DNA from: an uncultured Acidobacteriota bacterium
Lineage (GTDB): Bacteria; Acidobacteriota; Polarisedimenticolia; J045
Direction: 5' to 3'
Assembly: GCA_963702425.1 (NCBI GenBank)
Contig: CAVPCQ010000037.1
Coordinates: forward strand, 320,001 to 384,000
DNA: 64,000 nucleotides
Shown here: positions 19,046 through 28,542 of the stretch, in pieces
How the letters are laid out: the number at the start of each line of letters is the position of its first letter
Numbering within the stretch: position 1 is the stretch's first letter
Made by a program: the position numbers and the translations under genes
Notes under the pieces: generated by a model
The model's input: the letters and a program-made list of their open reading frames with translations, nothing else
What the model was told of the DNA's origin: nothing
Database searches by the model: none

Positions 19046-20518
19046 CTACCCGCCGAGGAGTGGTGCGAGGAAGGGGTCCTTGCGCGCGTCGACCAGCGCC
19101 GCGGGTTCCCTGGCCGCGACGCGTACGATCAGCTCGCGCCCCCCCTCGCGCATCGCCTTTTGCAGCCAGCTCTTGGCCTCGACCTCGCGCCCGGCACGCG
19201 CCAGGCAGAGCGCCAGCGCGCCGAGCGCGGCCGCCGAGTTCGGCGCGTCGCGGGCCAGGGCCGCCAGCCGCTCAATCGCCTCCGGCCGCCGCCGCGGGTT
19301 GCCGGCCAGCAGCAGCGCCGCGGCGACGCCGATCTGCGGATCGCTGGCGTCGGTCTTCAGCGCGCGCTCGAGCAGCTCGAAGGCCTCCACGCGGCGCCCG
19401 GCGGCGGCGACCTCGCGGGCCTGCTCGAAGAGCCGCCGCGCGATCCGGGCCGGCGGCACGATCTCGGGCCCCTTCTTCTGCTTGTCCCAGCGCGCGCGGG
19501 CCTGCGGATCGGTGAGGACCTCGATCGCCTCGTGCAGCAGGCGGAAGGCGTTCTCGATCTCCTTGTAGTGGCCCACGAACGGCCCCTGGCGGAACCGGTC
19601 GGGGTGGAACTGGCGCACGGTCCGGTAGTACCCGCGCCGCGCTTCGGTCGGGGACGCGCCGGGGGCGCAACCGACGAGCATCGGGAGGTTCTCGGCCGCC
19701 GCGGCCGCGAGCCAGCGCTTGATCGACTCCTCGGTGACCTCCTCGAGCGGCTCGTCGTCCTCGGCGCCGGCCTCGGGTGGAGCCGGCGCCTGGACCAGTC
19801 CGGCGCGCACCAGCAGCTCGAGCGCCGCGCGCGTGGCCGCGGGCGGCAGGGGAGCGACGCGCGCCGGCAGATCGATCGTGGCGATCGGCTCGGCCAGCGC
19901 GGCGAGCACCGCGCGCTCCTCGTCGGTCAGGCCCAGCGCGTCGACCAGCGCGGCGTCGGTGGGATCGATCGTGGCCCCGGCCCTGGCCGGCACCGCGGGA
20001 CCGCGCAGCTTGGCCCGTCCGCGCGCGAGCAGCACCGCGGCCGCGGCCGCGGGCCAGCCGATCACCGGCTCCGGTCCGAGGTCCAGGCGACCCGCGCGGA
20101 CCTCGAACGTGGTCTCGCTCGAACCCGCGAGGTCGGCCACGATCTCACCCGCCTGGGCCAGCAGCAGCGCCTGCGCCCGCTCCGCGGGGAGCGCGCCGTG
20201 CGCGACGAGCAGGCCCGCGGCCAGCGGCTGGGCTCCGAGCGCGGTCCGCAGCGCGGCGACGCGATCCTCGTCCAGGTCGGCCAGCTCGCCGCGCGCCAGC
20301 AGCCACTCGAAGAAGCGGTCCTCGGTCGCGTTGGAGAGGATCGAGCGGATCACCCCCTGCTCGAGCACCAGCCGCCGGACGAGCTTCTTGCGCTTGAGAT
20401 CGACGACGCCGGTTGCTCGGACCGCGCCGAGCATCCCGAGCAGGGTCTCGAGCGGCGTCGTGCCGAGCCGCCCCTCCGGGGGGATCTTCACCGGTCCCCG
20501 TCGATCGTTCGCGCCCAT
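19046..20518 (-). CDS. DUF4388/PatA-N-like + J-domain + TPR protein
   Basis: N-terminal GRLGTTPLETLL...ATGVV; J domain ARRGYYRTVRQFHPDRF...LHEAIEVLTDPQARARWD; helical TPR-like C-terminus. Confidence 0.75.
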   Translation of the reverse strand: MGANDRRGPVKIPPEGRLGTTPLETLLGMLGAVRATGVVDLKRKKLVRRLVLEQGVIRSILSNATEDRFFEWLLARGELADLDEDRVAALRTALGAQPLAAGLLVAHGALPAERAQALLLAQAGEIVADLAGSSETTFEVRAGRLDLGPEPVIGWPAAAAAVLLARGRAKLRGPAVPARAGATIDPTDAALVDALGLTDEERAVLAALAEPIATIDLPARVAPLPPAATRAALELLVRAGLVQAPAPPEAGAEDDEPLEEVTEESIKRWLAAAAAENLPMLVGCAPGASPTEARRGYYRTVRQFHPDRFRQGPFVGHYKEIENAFRLLHEAIEVLTDPQARARWDKQKKGPEIVPPARIARRLFEQAREVAAAGRRVEAFELLERALKTDASDPQIGVAAALLLAGNPRRRPEAIERLAALARDAPNSAAALGALALCLARAGREVEAKSWLQKAMREGGRELIVRVAAREPAALVDARKDPFLAPLLGG

Positions 20519-21726
20519 GCCGCCACCAACTCGTCCCGCGAGCTGCCGAACGCTTCGTCGAACGCCGCCGCTTCGGTCGAGCCGCCGGCCAGCAGGTCGA
20601 CCAGCCAGATCAGGCGCGCCCGGCCGTGGTCCTGATCGAGGAACGCCGTGAACGACAGCGCCGTCGGGTAGCTGAACGGCTCGAGCCCGACCCCGCCCGC
20701 GGCTTTCGCCGCGGCGCGCACGGCCGCTGCCGCGCGGGCCGGGTCGCGCGGCTCGAGCCGCTGCGCCAGCCCCTCGTGCAGCCAGCGCGGCACGCCGCCG
20801 GGTCCCTTGGCGGCGATCAGCGCGTGCACCAGCTCATGGCGCGCGACCCGGACCAGCTCCGGTGACGTCGCCGTCACGCCGCCGACCGGCAGCCGGATCT
20901 TGCCGTCGAACAGCCCGGCCACCTCGGCGCCGGTCTCGGTCGCGTCGTGGAACTGCGCCTTGGTGTAGAGCACGACCGGGATCGGCCGGGTGGGGTAGAC
21001 CGACAGCTCGCGCGCCAGTTCACCGTACGCCTCCTCGAGCGCCTCCAGCACCAGGCGCCCCGCCGCCTCGTCGCGCGTGCCGTCGAAGGAGAGCGTGAAG
21101 TGCGCCGTCAGCGAGCGATCGTAGCTCCCCTCGGCGGCCAGCTCGCGCCGCAGCTTGGCCAGCCGCTGCGCCAGGCCGCTGTCGCCGGGGCGCGCGGCGA
21201 GCGCGGCTTCGTACTCGGGCAGCGCGTCGGCGAGCCGGCCGTCGCGGTACCAAGCCTCGCCCCGCAGCTCGTGCAGCCAGCCGTCGTCGGGGTGGGCCAG
21301 CAGCCCCTGGTCGGCGAGCATCAGCGCGCGGTCGGCGTCGCCGGAACGCAGCTCGAGGAAACCCAACTCGGCCAGCGCGGGAAGCAGCGTGGGGGAGAGG
21401 TCGAGCGCCTTGTCGTAGGCATCGGCAGCCGCGGTCGCGTCGTGCGCGCCCACGAACGCGCGGGCACGGAGGACCCACAGCTGCGCCAGCCGCTCCTCGA
21501 GCCGCGCCTCCAGCTCGGACGAGCCGGCGCGACCGAGCTGCTCCTGGAGCCGTGCGATCTCGCCGTCGATCTGGGCGGCCGTCGGGGGTGCGGGCGTCGC
21601 TGCGGGGGAGACCGAAGGCGCACCGGCGTCCGCGGCGCACGCAGCGCCGACCGCCAGCGCGAGCGCCAGCACGAAAGGCACGCTCCGCGCGGCGGAACGC
21701 ACCGCGCGGGCCACGGGTCGGTCCAT
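20488..21726 (-). CDS. exported TPR protein with peptidase MA (gluzincin) domain
   Basis: Signal/lipoprotein-like N-terminus, TPR repeats, RHELVH (HExxH) followed by PRWLHEGLAQ. Confidence 0.8.
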   Translation of the reverse strand: MDRPVARAVRSAARSVPFVLALALAVGAACAADAGAPSVSPAATPAPPTAAQIDGEIARLQEQLGRAGSSELEARLEERLAQLWVLRARAFVGAHDATAAADAYDKALDLSPTLLPALAELGFLELRSGDADRALMLADQGLLAHPDDGWLHELRGEAWYRDGRLADALPEYEAALAARPGDSGLAQRLAKLRRELAAEGSYDRSLTAHFTLSFDGTRDEAAGRLVLEALEEAYGELARELSVYPTRPIPVVLYTKAQFHDATETGAEVAGLFDGKIRLPVGGVTATSPELVRVARHELVHALIAAKGPGGVPRWLHEGLAQRLEPRDPARAAAAVRAAAKAAGGVGLEPFSYPTALSFTAFLDQDHGRARLIWLVDLLAGGSTEAAAFDEAFGSSRDELVAAWARTIDGDR

Positions 21727-21740
21727 CGGGCCTCGGAGCG

Positions 21741-22595
21741 TCAGCGCGTCTCGACCGGGCGCGGCGTTCCGCTCTGCCGGAAATAGTCGGGCACGTTGCC
21801 GATTCCGGCCACCGCGCTGTCGCGGTCGGGATAGGAGCCGTAAAGCAGCCGCCAGCAGGCGCGACCGTTCGCCTCTGCGGGAACGACCGTCAGCGGCCCG
21901 GACGGAACGCTCTGGAACGCGCGCCGCACGTTGGTGGGGTCGCAGGCCAGGAGGACCTGCAGCGACCACGGGGCGGAGCGCACCGCCTGCTGCCCTGCCG
22001 CGGCGGCCTCGTCGATCCGTCCCGACTCCACCAGCGCTCGGACCGGGGAGCCGCCGGCATCGCGCCGGAGCGAGGCTTCGGTCGGGTCCGGACGGGCCGG
22101 CGCTGCCGGCTCTGGCGCGGGTGGGGCGACCCGCGCCACCTCCGGCTCGCGCTCCGGGGTGCGGGCCGGCGTTTCCGGCAGGGGCCGGAAGTCAACGGGC
22201 GGCTCGGGCGCCGGGACCGGGGTCGGCAGCGGGGCGGAGGGGGCCTCCCGGGCCACCGCCGGCGGTTCCTCGGTGGACTCCGAGGCGTCGGTCGCGGCGG
22301 CGAGGCGGGCGTTCTCCTCGGCCGAGATCATGTCGTCGGTGCTGCTCCGGAACCAGAGGGCGGCCCCGACCAGCAGGATCACGATGCCGCCGACGATCGC
22401 CGCCGTGAAGAAGGCCTTGCCGCTCCCGGCCGATGCCCCCGCATCCTCGTCGTCGGATTCGTCGTCGTCGCCGCCGACGATCAGCGGCCCTTCGTAGCGC
22501 AGCTCGTCGCGGCGCTCCCGGCGCCGCTCTCCGCCGTCCCGGGTCGTGAAGAGATCGTGCTGCTGCCCGCCGTCCCGCCGATCGTCGGAACTCAT
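21741..22595 (-). CDS. bitopic membrane protein with Pro-rich linker and C-terminal SPOR-like domain
   Basis: Acidic N-terminus, one TM helix, Pro/Glu linker, WSLQVLLAC...CWRLLYGSYPDRDSA. SD GGGGAGGAG; TATAAT at 22688-22693 (minus). Confidence 0.65.
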   Translation of the reverse strand: MSSDDRRDGGQQHDLFTTRDGGERRRERRDELRYEGPLIVGGDDDESDDEDAGASAGSGKAFFTAAIVGGIVILLVGAALWFRSSTDDMISAEENARLAAATDASESTEEPPAVAREAPSAPLPTPVPAPEPPVDFRPLPETPARTPEREPEVARVAPPAPEPAAPARPDPTEASLRRDAGGSPVRALVESGRIDEAAAAGQQAVRSAPWSLQVLLACDPTNVRRAFQSVPSGPLTVVPAEANGRACWRLLYGSYPDRDSAVAGIGNVPDYFRQSGTPRPVETR

Positions 22596-22726
22596 TCGGT
22601 GTCTCCTCCCCGCGACGACCCCGTCGCGGATCGTTCGCCGGGGCCGACTCGGGCTGCGCCCGGCGCCGGGCTCGGGCGCCGGACGCCATTATAGGGCGGC
22701 TCCCCGCGCCCCGGCCGGGCGGCGCG

Positions 22727-22894
22727 CTAGTGTCCCGAATCCGTCTTGGCTTGACAGTCGGCCGCCGCTGCATCCCGCGGGGCGGCGTTGCTCGTCCTTG
22801 GCGTACGGCGGGAGTACGCCGGCGTCCTCGCGCCTTGCCCCGCAGGCGCTTCGGCGGCCTTGGTTGTCAACCCAAGACGGAATCGGGACACTAG
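22727..22894. mobile_element. 168-bp MITE-like palindromic element with CTAG ends
   Basis: 30-bp terminal inverted repeats (28/30 match) including CTAG; nested internal inverted repeats; no transposase. Confidence 0.75.
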
Positions 22895-23610
22895 TGGATC
22901 CGGGAGAAGATCCGCTCCGGCCGGATCCGGCTCGGGTTCAGCAGCTTCCGAACGATCGAGATCGGCCGCTCGAGCCCGGTGCGCAGGTGATCGTTGGCGT
23001 CCTCCTTGTAGGAGAACCAGATCAGGAAGGCCCGCCCCTTGACCAGGGAGCGCGGGACGAAGCCCCAGGCGCGGCTGTCGCGCGAGTTGTCGCGGTTGTC
23101 GCCGAACGCGAAATAGCTCTCGGGTGGGACCGTGACGGGCCCGTACGACTGCATCGCCTCGTTGTTGTCCGGCTTGACATACGGCTCGTCGATCGGCCGT
23201 CCGTTGATCGAGACCACGCCGCGGGTCATCTGCACGACGTCCCCCGGCAGGCCGACGATCCGCTTCACGAAGTCGACGTCGGGGTCCTCGGGGAAGCGGA
23301 AGACGACGACGTCGCCGCGTGCGATCGGGCGCTGTCCCAGCCAGCCGACCGGCTCGTCGCCGGGGGCGCCGTAGAGGAAACGGTTGACCAGGATGTAGTC
23401 GCCGACCAGCAGGGTGTCGAGCATCGACTCGGTCGGGATCTTCGACTGCATGAAGACGAAGGTCCGCGCGAACAGCAGGAACAGCACCGCGACGACGATC
23501 GTCTCGAGGTACTCGCGCAGGATTCCTTTCGGCGGGAAGGCCACCGTCGCCGGGCCCCCCGCTGCCGGCTTCGGGTCGTCCCGGACCTCGCTGCTCTTCT
23601 TTTCGTTCAA
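22891..23610 (-). CDS. lepB: signal peptidase I
   Basis: IPTESMLDTLLVGD (catalytic Ser), RGDVVVF, DFVKRIVGLPGD (Lys), FGDNRDNSRDSR. TTG start after GGAGG. Confidence 0.93.
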   Translation of the reverse strand: MNEKKSSEVRDDPKPAAGGPATVAFPPKGILREYLETIVVAVLFLLFARTFVFMQSKIPTESMLDTLLVGDYILVNRFLYGAPGDEPVGWLGQRPIARGDVVVFRFPEDPDVDFVKRIVGLPGDVVQMTRGVVSINGRPIDEPYVKPDNNEAMQSYGPVTVPPESYFAFGDNRDNSRDSRAWGFVPRSLVKGRAFLIWFSYKEDANDHLRTGLERPISIVRKLLNPSRIRPERIFSRIH

Positions 23611-24179
23611 CACTCCTCCAACAGATCGCCTTCGAGCGGGCGGGCCAACGCCAGCGCAACGGCTTGGCCGGGGCCGGCGGCGCGCCGGGTGGCGGCGAGG
23701 CAGCGGCGTTCGAGTCGCCCGGCCCGGGCCAGATCGTCGGCCAGTTTCTCCCAAACGGGGTCGAGAAGCACGATCGGACCCGGCAGGGCGTCGAGCCGGG
23801 CGTGGGCCCAGAGCATCGCCAGTTCCGCCAGCGTCCCGGCCCCGCCACCGATGACGACGAACCCCCGCGAGATCGCGAACATCCGCGCGGTGCGCGCGAA
23901 CAGGTCGTCCTCCTCGATCTCCAGCGAGACCCAGGGCGAAGGGCGGCGCCACGAGAAGCTCCGGCAGGTCACGCCGATCGCCTCGCCGCCGGCCTCCCGG
24001 GCCCCGTGCATCGCCGCCTCCATCACCCCCCCGTAGCCGCCGGTGACCACGGCCACGCCGCGCCCCGCCAGCCCGGCGCCGACCGCGCGGGCGTTCTCGC
24101 AGGCCTCCGAGCCGGGTTCCGCGTCGGAGGCGCCGAAGACCGCGACGCCGCGCTCGCGGGAGGAGAGGGGAGCAGTCAG
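23607..24179 (-). CDS. LOG-family (lysine decarboxylase-like / nucleotide phosphoribohydrolase) protein
   Basis: VAVFGAS, VVTGGYGGVMEAA, GGEAIGV, GGGAGTLAEL. The conserved N-terminus lies upstream of the first GTG; the best start is CTG at 24179 after GGAGG. Confidence 0.8.
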   Translation of the reverse strand: MTAPLSSRERGVAVFGASDAEPGSEACENARAVGAGLAGRGVAVVTGGYGGVMEAAMHGAREAGGEAIGVTCRSFSWRRPSPWVSLEIEEDDLFARTARMFAISRGFVVIGGGAGTLAELAMLWAHARLDALPGPIVLLDPVWEKLADDLARAGRLERRCLAATRRAAGPGQAVALALARPLEGDLLEEC

Positions 24180-24331
24180 GGGAGCCTCCGCCGAGGGGGG
24201 ACGGTCCGTGCGACCGCCCGGCCCCGAACCGGGGATTATTCCACGCGCCCCGCGGCGTGCCAGACGGGAAGGGGTCCGGTATGATCCGCCCCGCTCTGCC
24301 GGAAACTCGTACCGCTCGGAGGAAGCTCCCC

Positions 24332-24916
24332 ATGCTGGCCCGTTCGTCCCTGGCTCCCGCGGCCCGCCCCGCGCCGATGGCCCTCGTCGTCCTCCTCCTC
24401 GCCGCGCTGCTCGCGGTGGCCGGCTGCTCCGGTCGACGCGGCGCCGACTGCCCCGAACGGGATCTCGTCAAGCAGGGTGACGTCGTGACGGACATGACCG
24501 TCGTCGCGCTCGACGGCAAGCCCACCCCGATGCAGTCCCTGATCGGCGGCAAGGTCGCGTTGATCGACGTCTGGGCGACCTGGTGCCAGCCCTGCAAGCT
24601 CGCGATGCCGCACCTGCAGGCGCTGCACAACCAGTTCAAGGATCAGGGTTTCACCGTCGTCGGCGTCATGACCGACGCCAACGCGACCCGAATCGGGTCG
24701 AACTACATGAAGGCCAACCCGGTCAGCTACCCGGTCGTGCTAGACGACGACGGGAGCGGTTTCGACTGCGCCTGGGGGACAGTGACCGGGATTCCGCTGA
24801 TGGTGCTGGTCGATCGCGACGGCAAGGTGCTCGAGGTGTTCCAGGGAACCGGCGACATCGGGACGCTGCAGCGCCGCGTGGCCGAGCTCTTCGCTGCGCC
24901 GGCTCCCAAGGCATGA
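24332..24916 (+). CDS. TlpA/ResA-like thiol-disulfide oxidoreductase lipoprotein
   Basis: LAVAGC lipobox, DVWATWCQPC, GIPLMVLVDRDG; GGAGG SD. Confidence 0.88.
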   Translation: MLARSSLAPAARPAPMALVVLLLAALLAVAGCSGRRGADCPERDLVKQGDVVTDMTVVALDGKPTPMQSLIGGKVALIDVWATWCQPCKLAMPHLQALHNQFKDQGFTVVGVMTDANATRIGSNYMKANPVSYPVVLDDDGSGFDCAWGTVTGIPLMVLVDRDGKVLEVFQGTGDIGTLQRRVAELFAAPAPKA

Positions 24917-25623
24917 CCCGTCGCCTCATCCTCCTGATCGCGGCGCTGGCCGGAACGGTCGGCGCCGGCTGCGGCCTGTTGACACCGCGGCTGCCCGACG
25001 ATCCCGCGGCGCGCCACGAGGCCATCGCGCGGACGGCGTGGGGACCCGAGAGCCCCGAGACGCTGGAGAAGTACCTCGCGAGCCGGAGCGCCCTGGACCC
25101 GGTCTACCGCAACTACGAGGACGGGATCCAGAACTGGGCGTTGCGCGAGGCGGCGACCGGCCGTGCGTTCGGCCCGGCGCTGATCGGCGTGGGTTCGATG
25201 AGCAGGAAAATCGAGACCGAGGCCGCGTCGCGCGGCCTGACCTCGGACGACTACCAGCGGCTGACGGTGCTCGTCTTCGGGCGCTGGCTGCGCGCGACGC
25301 GGGACGGACCAATCCCCGAGGAACGGGTCGTCCGGACGCTGAAGGAGATCGAGGTCGGTCTCGCGCGGCAGCTCGCGAATGCGGCGACATCCGACGACGT
25401 GTCGATCGACACCGCCGCTCTGGAAGCGCGGCTGGCCTCGGTGCGGCACCAGGCGAAGTTCCTCGAGCCCTACGCGACGATGGACAAGGCGGCGACGTTG
25501 GAGGCGATCGACCCCGCGACGCGGGCCTGGCTCGAACAGCATCGCAAGCAGATCGAGGCCCTCGACTGGTTCTACTTCGACACCATCGGGCCGCCGCGGG
25601 CCGACGCGAAGAAGAAGGCGTAG
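24913..25623 (+). CDS. hypothetical lipoprotein
   Basis: MTRRLILLIAALAGTVGAGC lipobox-like N-terminus; ATGA overlap with the tlpA stop. Confidence 0.65.
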   Translation: MTRRLILLIAALAGTVGAGCGLLTPRLPDDPAARHEAIARTAWGPESPETLEKYLASRSALDPVYRNYEDGIQNWALREAATGRAFGPALIGVGSMSRKIETEAASRGLTSDDYQRLTVLVFGRWLRATRDGPIPEERVVRTLKEIEVGLARQLANAATSDDVSIDTAALEARLASVRHQAKFLEPYATMDKAATLEAIDPATRAWLEQHRKQIEALDWFYFDTIGPPRADAKKKA

Positions 25624-25637
25624 GCCCGGCGCGGCCG

Positions 25638-26582
25638 TCAGCTCGCCAGGAGTTGTCGGAAGTACGCGACCGTCGCCTTCAGCCCGTCTTCGAGGTCGAC
25701 CTTCGGCTCCCAGCCCAGTATCGACCGGGCCAGTGTGATGTCCGGCCGGCGCTGCCGCGGGTCGTCCGCGGGAAGGTCCCGGAAGACCACTTTCGAGCGC
25801 GAGCCGACGAGCGCGATGATCCGCTCGGCCAGCTCGAGGATGCTCGATTCGACCGGGTTGCCGAGGTTGACCGGGCCGGTGAAGTCGTCCGGGGTGTTCA
25901 TCAGCCGGATCAGCGCTTCGATCAGGTCGTCGACATAGCAGAAGCTGCGGGTCTGGTCCCCCTTGCCGTAGATCGTGATGTCCTCGCCGCGCAGCGCCTG
26001 GCGGATGAAGTTCGACACCACGCGGCCGTCGTCGGGGTGCATCCGCGGGCCGTAGGTGTTGAAGATCCGCGCGACCTTGATCCGCAGCCGGTGCTGGCGC
26101 CAGTAGTCGAAGAAGAGGGTCTCGGCGCAGCGCTTCCCCTCGTCGTAGCAGGCCCGGATGCCGATCGGATTGACGCTGCCCCAGTAGCTCTCGGGCTGCG
26201 GGTGGACGTTGGGGTCGCCGTAGACCTCGCTGGTCGAGGCCAGCAGGATCTTCGCCTTCACGCGCTTGGCGAGACCCAGCATGTTGATGTTGCCGTGCAC
26301 GGAGGTCTTGGTCGTCTGGACCGGATCGCGCTGGTAGTGGATCGGCGAGGCCGGGCAGGCGAGGCTGAAGATCTGGTCGACCTCGACGTAAAGCGGGAAG
26401 GTGACGTCGTGACGCATCAGCTCGAAGCGCTTGTGGCCCAGCAGGTGCTCGACGTTGCCGCGCTGCCCGGTGTAGAAGTTGTCGGCGCACAGGACCTCGG
26501 TCCCCGCCTCCAGCAGCCGCTCGCAGAGGTGCGAACCGAGGAACCCGGCCCCGCCGGTCACCAGCACTCTCGTCCCGTGCAT
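25638..26582 (-). CDS. uxs: UDP-glucuronate decarboxylase (UDP-xylose synthase)
   Basis: [63 protein letters not shown]. Confidence 0.92.
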   Translation of the reverse strand: MHGTRVLVTGGAGFLGSHLCERLLEAGTEVLCADNFYTGQRGNVEHLLGHKRFELMRHDVTFPLYVEVDQIFSLACPASPIHYQRDPVQTTKTSVHGNINMLGLAKRVKAKILLASTSEVYGDPNVHPQPESYWGSVNPIGIRACYDEGKRCAETLFFDYWRQHRLRIKVARIFNTYGPRMHPDDGRVVSNFIRQALRGEDITIYGKGDQTRSFCYVDDLIEALIRLMNTPDDFTGPVNLGNPVESSILELAERIIALVGSRSKVVFRDLPADDPRQRRPDITLARSILGWEPKVDLEDGLKATVAYFRQLLAS

Positions 26583-26761
26583 GCTCGATCTCTCCCGGCA
26601 GGATCCCAGCGCGACCGGACCCCGCGCGCTGCGGGGGCGGCGCCGCGCGCGTCAGCCGACGGCGGAGAAGTTACCGCGAACCGACCCCTTTCGGGCGGCA
26701 AACCCCGCCCGACGTGGAATTTCGCGGTCCATCGGCCAGACCCGCGGTGGCAGCCGGGCCG

Positions 26762-27631
26762 TCAGGAGTCCTGGACGGTCCGCCGGTAGCGGAGCGTTTG
26801 GGAGACGATTCCGGCGCGGTGGGCGAAGGGGGTCAGGCTGACCAGCGCCCAGACGCCCAGGGGGGCGCGCCGGCGGCGCAGGAACTGCGCCAGCCGCCAG
26901 TAGAACTCGCCGGGCCGGCGCGGGATCGCCTGAACGGCGTAGCGCCGCCGCCGCAGGTCGAAGCTGCCGCGGCCGTAACGGAACTGCTGTCGCAGGTAGC
27001 CGCGAGGCGTGCTGCGGTGGTGGTGCCAGACCCGCGCGTCGTCGAAGTAGCGCTGGCGGAGCCCGGCTCCCACGGCGCGGTAGGCGAGGTCGACGTCCTC
27101 GGCGGCCGCGAGCGGAAAGGTCTCGTCGAAGCCGTTGATCGACCAGAAAGCGTCGCGCCGGTAAGCGAGGTTGTTGCTCGGGAGCATCAGCCCGTTCCCC
27201 GACGCGTCCTGGAAGTACTCGCGCAGAAAGTCGAGGTACAGCTCCCAGGTCACCGCGGGGATGCTCTCCGGATACGGGTTGATGGCGGCACCGCCGAGCG
27301 CTGCGGCGTTCTCCTGGTCGAAGCCCCGCTCGAGCTGCTTCAGCCAGTCCGGCTCCGGGATGCAGTCGTCGTCGGTGAAGGCGAGGAGTTCGCCGCGGGC
27401 CGCCCGGGCGCCCGCATTGCGCGCCGCTGCCGGCCCGCCGTGCGGCGCGTCGATCGTGGTCAACGGCAGCCGGGCGCGCAGCACGTCGTCGACGCTGGCG
27501 AACGAGGTCGCCCCGCCGTCATTGACGACGAGCAGCTCCCACGAGGGGTGCTCGAGCCGTGTGAAGCCCTCGAGGCAGCGCCGCAGCGGCTGCGGGCGGT
27601 CGTAGGTCGGGATGACGACGGAAAAGCGCAT
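26762..27631 (-). CDS. GT2 glycosyltransferase
   Basis: FSVVIPTY, GPAAARNAGA, AFTDDDC, GFDETFPLAAAED. Confidence 0.9.
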   Translation of the reverse strand: MRFSVVIPTYDRPQPLRRCLEGFTRLEHPSWELLVVNDGGATSFASVDDVLRARLPLTTIDAPHGGPAAARNAGARAARGELLAFTDDDCIPEPDWLKQLERGFDQENAAALGGAAINPYPESIPAVTWELYLDFLREYFQDASGNGLMLPSNNLAYRRDAFWSINGFDETFPLAAAEDVDLAYRAVGAGLRQRYFDDARVWHHHRSTPRGYLRQQFRYGRGSFDLRRRRYAVQAIPRRPGEFYWRLAQFLRRRRAPLGVWALVSLTPFAHRAGIVSQTLRYRRTVQDS

Positions 27632-27649
27632 GGCGGCGGGGCTCCCGGG

Positions 27650-28540
27650 CTACTCGGGGTGCGGGCGGGCGAGCTTCTCGGCGAAGAAGCCGGTCGCGTT
27701 GGCGACCTGGGACGCGAGCATCAGCAGGGTCACGCGGCCGCGCTTCTCGATCCCGGCCGCGGACAGGGGGTAGCGGACCAGGTCGAGGTAGAACCGCCAG
27801 CGCTCGAACCCGACCTCGGGGCCGCCACGCGCGGCGTGCACGCGGCGGTAGCAGTAGGCGCCGCGGCCGTAGTTGTAGTGCTGGCGGATGAAGCGGCGGA
27901 CCGTCAGCGCGTGGTAGTGGGTGACCACGGCGTCCTCCGCGTAGACCAGCCCGCAGCCGCTGCCGTTGTAGCGCGCGCAGAACTCGCGGTCCTCGCCCCC
28001 GGCGAGCGGGAAGCGCAGGTCGAAGCCGCCGACCCGCTCGAAGGTCGCGCGCGCGACGGCGATGTTGTTCGAGGCGAAGAAGGGGGCCCCCTGGGCGATG
28101 AAGTAGTCGAGCAGGAAGGCGACGAGCGCCTGGCTTGCCTCGGCGCAGGCGTTGTCGGTCAGGGCGTTGACGGTGCGCCCGCCGAGCAGCGCTCCCGGGT
28201 GCGCAGCGAACCGCTGCGCCAGGGCGACGAGCCAGCCCGGGTCGACGCGGCAGTCGTCATCGGTGAACGCGATGTGCTCGTGCCGGGCCGCGCCCGCGCC
28301 CAGGTTCCGCGCCGCGGCGGGGCCGGCGTGCCCCTGCTCGATCAACCGCAGGTCGATCCGCCCGGAGAACGGGCGCAGCGCCTCCCGTACCTCGTCGAGT
28401 CGCGGCGAGCCGTCATCGACGACGATCACCTCGAAGCGCTCCCGGTCGTACTGCAGCGCGCAGAACGCCGCCGCGCACTCCGCCAGCCGCTGCGGGCGGT
28501 TGTAGGTCGGCACGACGATCGAGAACCCGGGCGCGGGCAT
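27650..28540 (-). CDS. GT2 glycosyltransferase (paralog of the adjacent gene)
   Basis: FSIVVPTYNR, VVDDGS, GPAAARNLGA, AFTDDDC, GGFDLRFPLAGGED. Confidence 0.9.
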   Translation of the reverse strand: MPAPGFSIVVPTYNRPQRLAECAAAFCALQYDRERFEVIVVDDGSPRLDEVREALRPFSGRIDLRLIEQGHAGPAAARNLGAGAARHEHIAFTDDDCRVDPGWLVALAQRFAAHPGALLGGRTVNALTDNACAEASQALVAFLLDYFIAQGAPFFASNNIAVARATFERVGGFDLRFPLAGGEDREFCARYNGSGCGLVYAEDAVVTHYHALTVRRFIRQHYNYGRGAYCYRRVHAARGGPEVGFERWRFYLDLVRYPLSAAGIEKRGRVTLLMLASQVANATGFFAEKLARPHPE

Positions 28541-28542
28541 CG

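Noticed and set aside
22727-22894. 6S RNA interpretation of the long hairpin
   Set aside because: Near-perfect terminal repeats ending in CTAG and the lack of an obvious large central bubble fit a MITE better. Not formally excluded without Infernal.
26690-26765. Resemblance to a c-di-GMP-I riboswitch (GGCAAACC...GGCAGCCGGGCCG) on the plus strand
   Set aside because: It lacks the GAAA-tetraloop/GACGCAAAG core and is on the opposite strand to the flanking genes.
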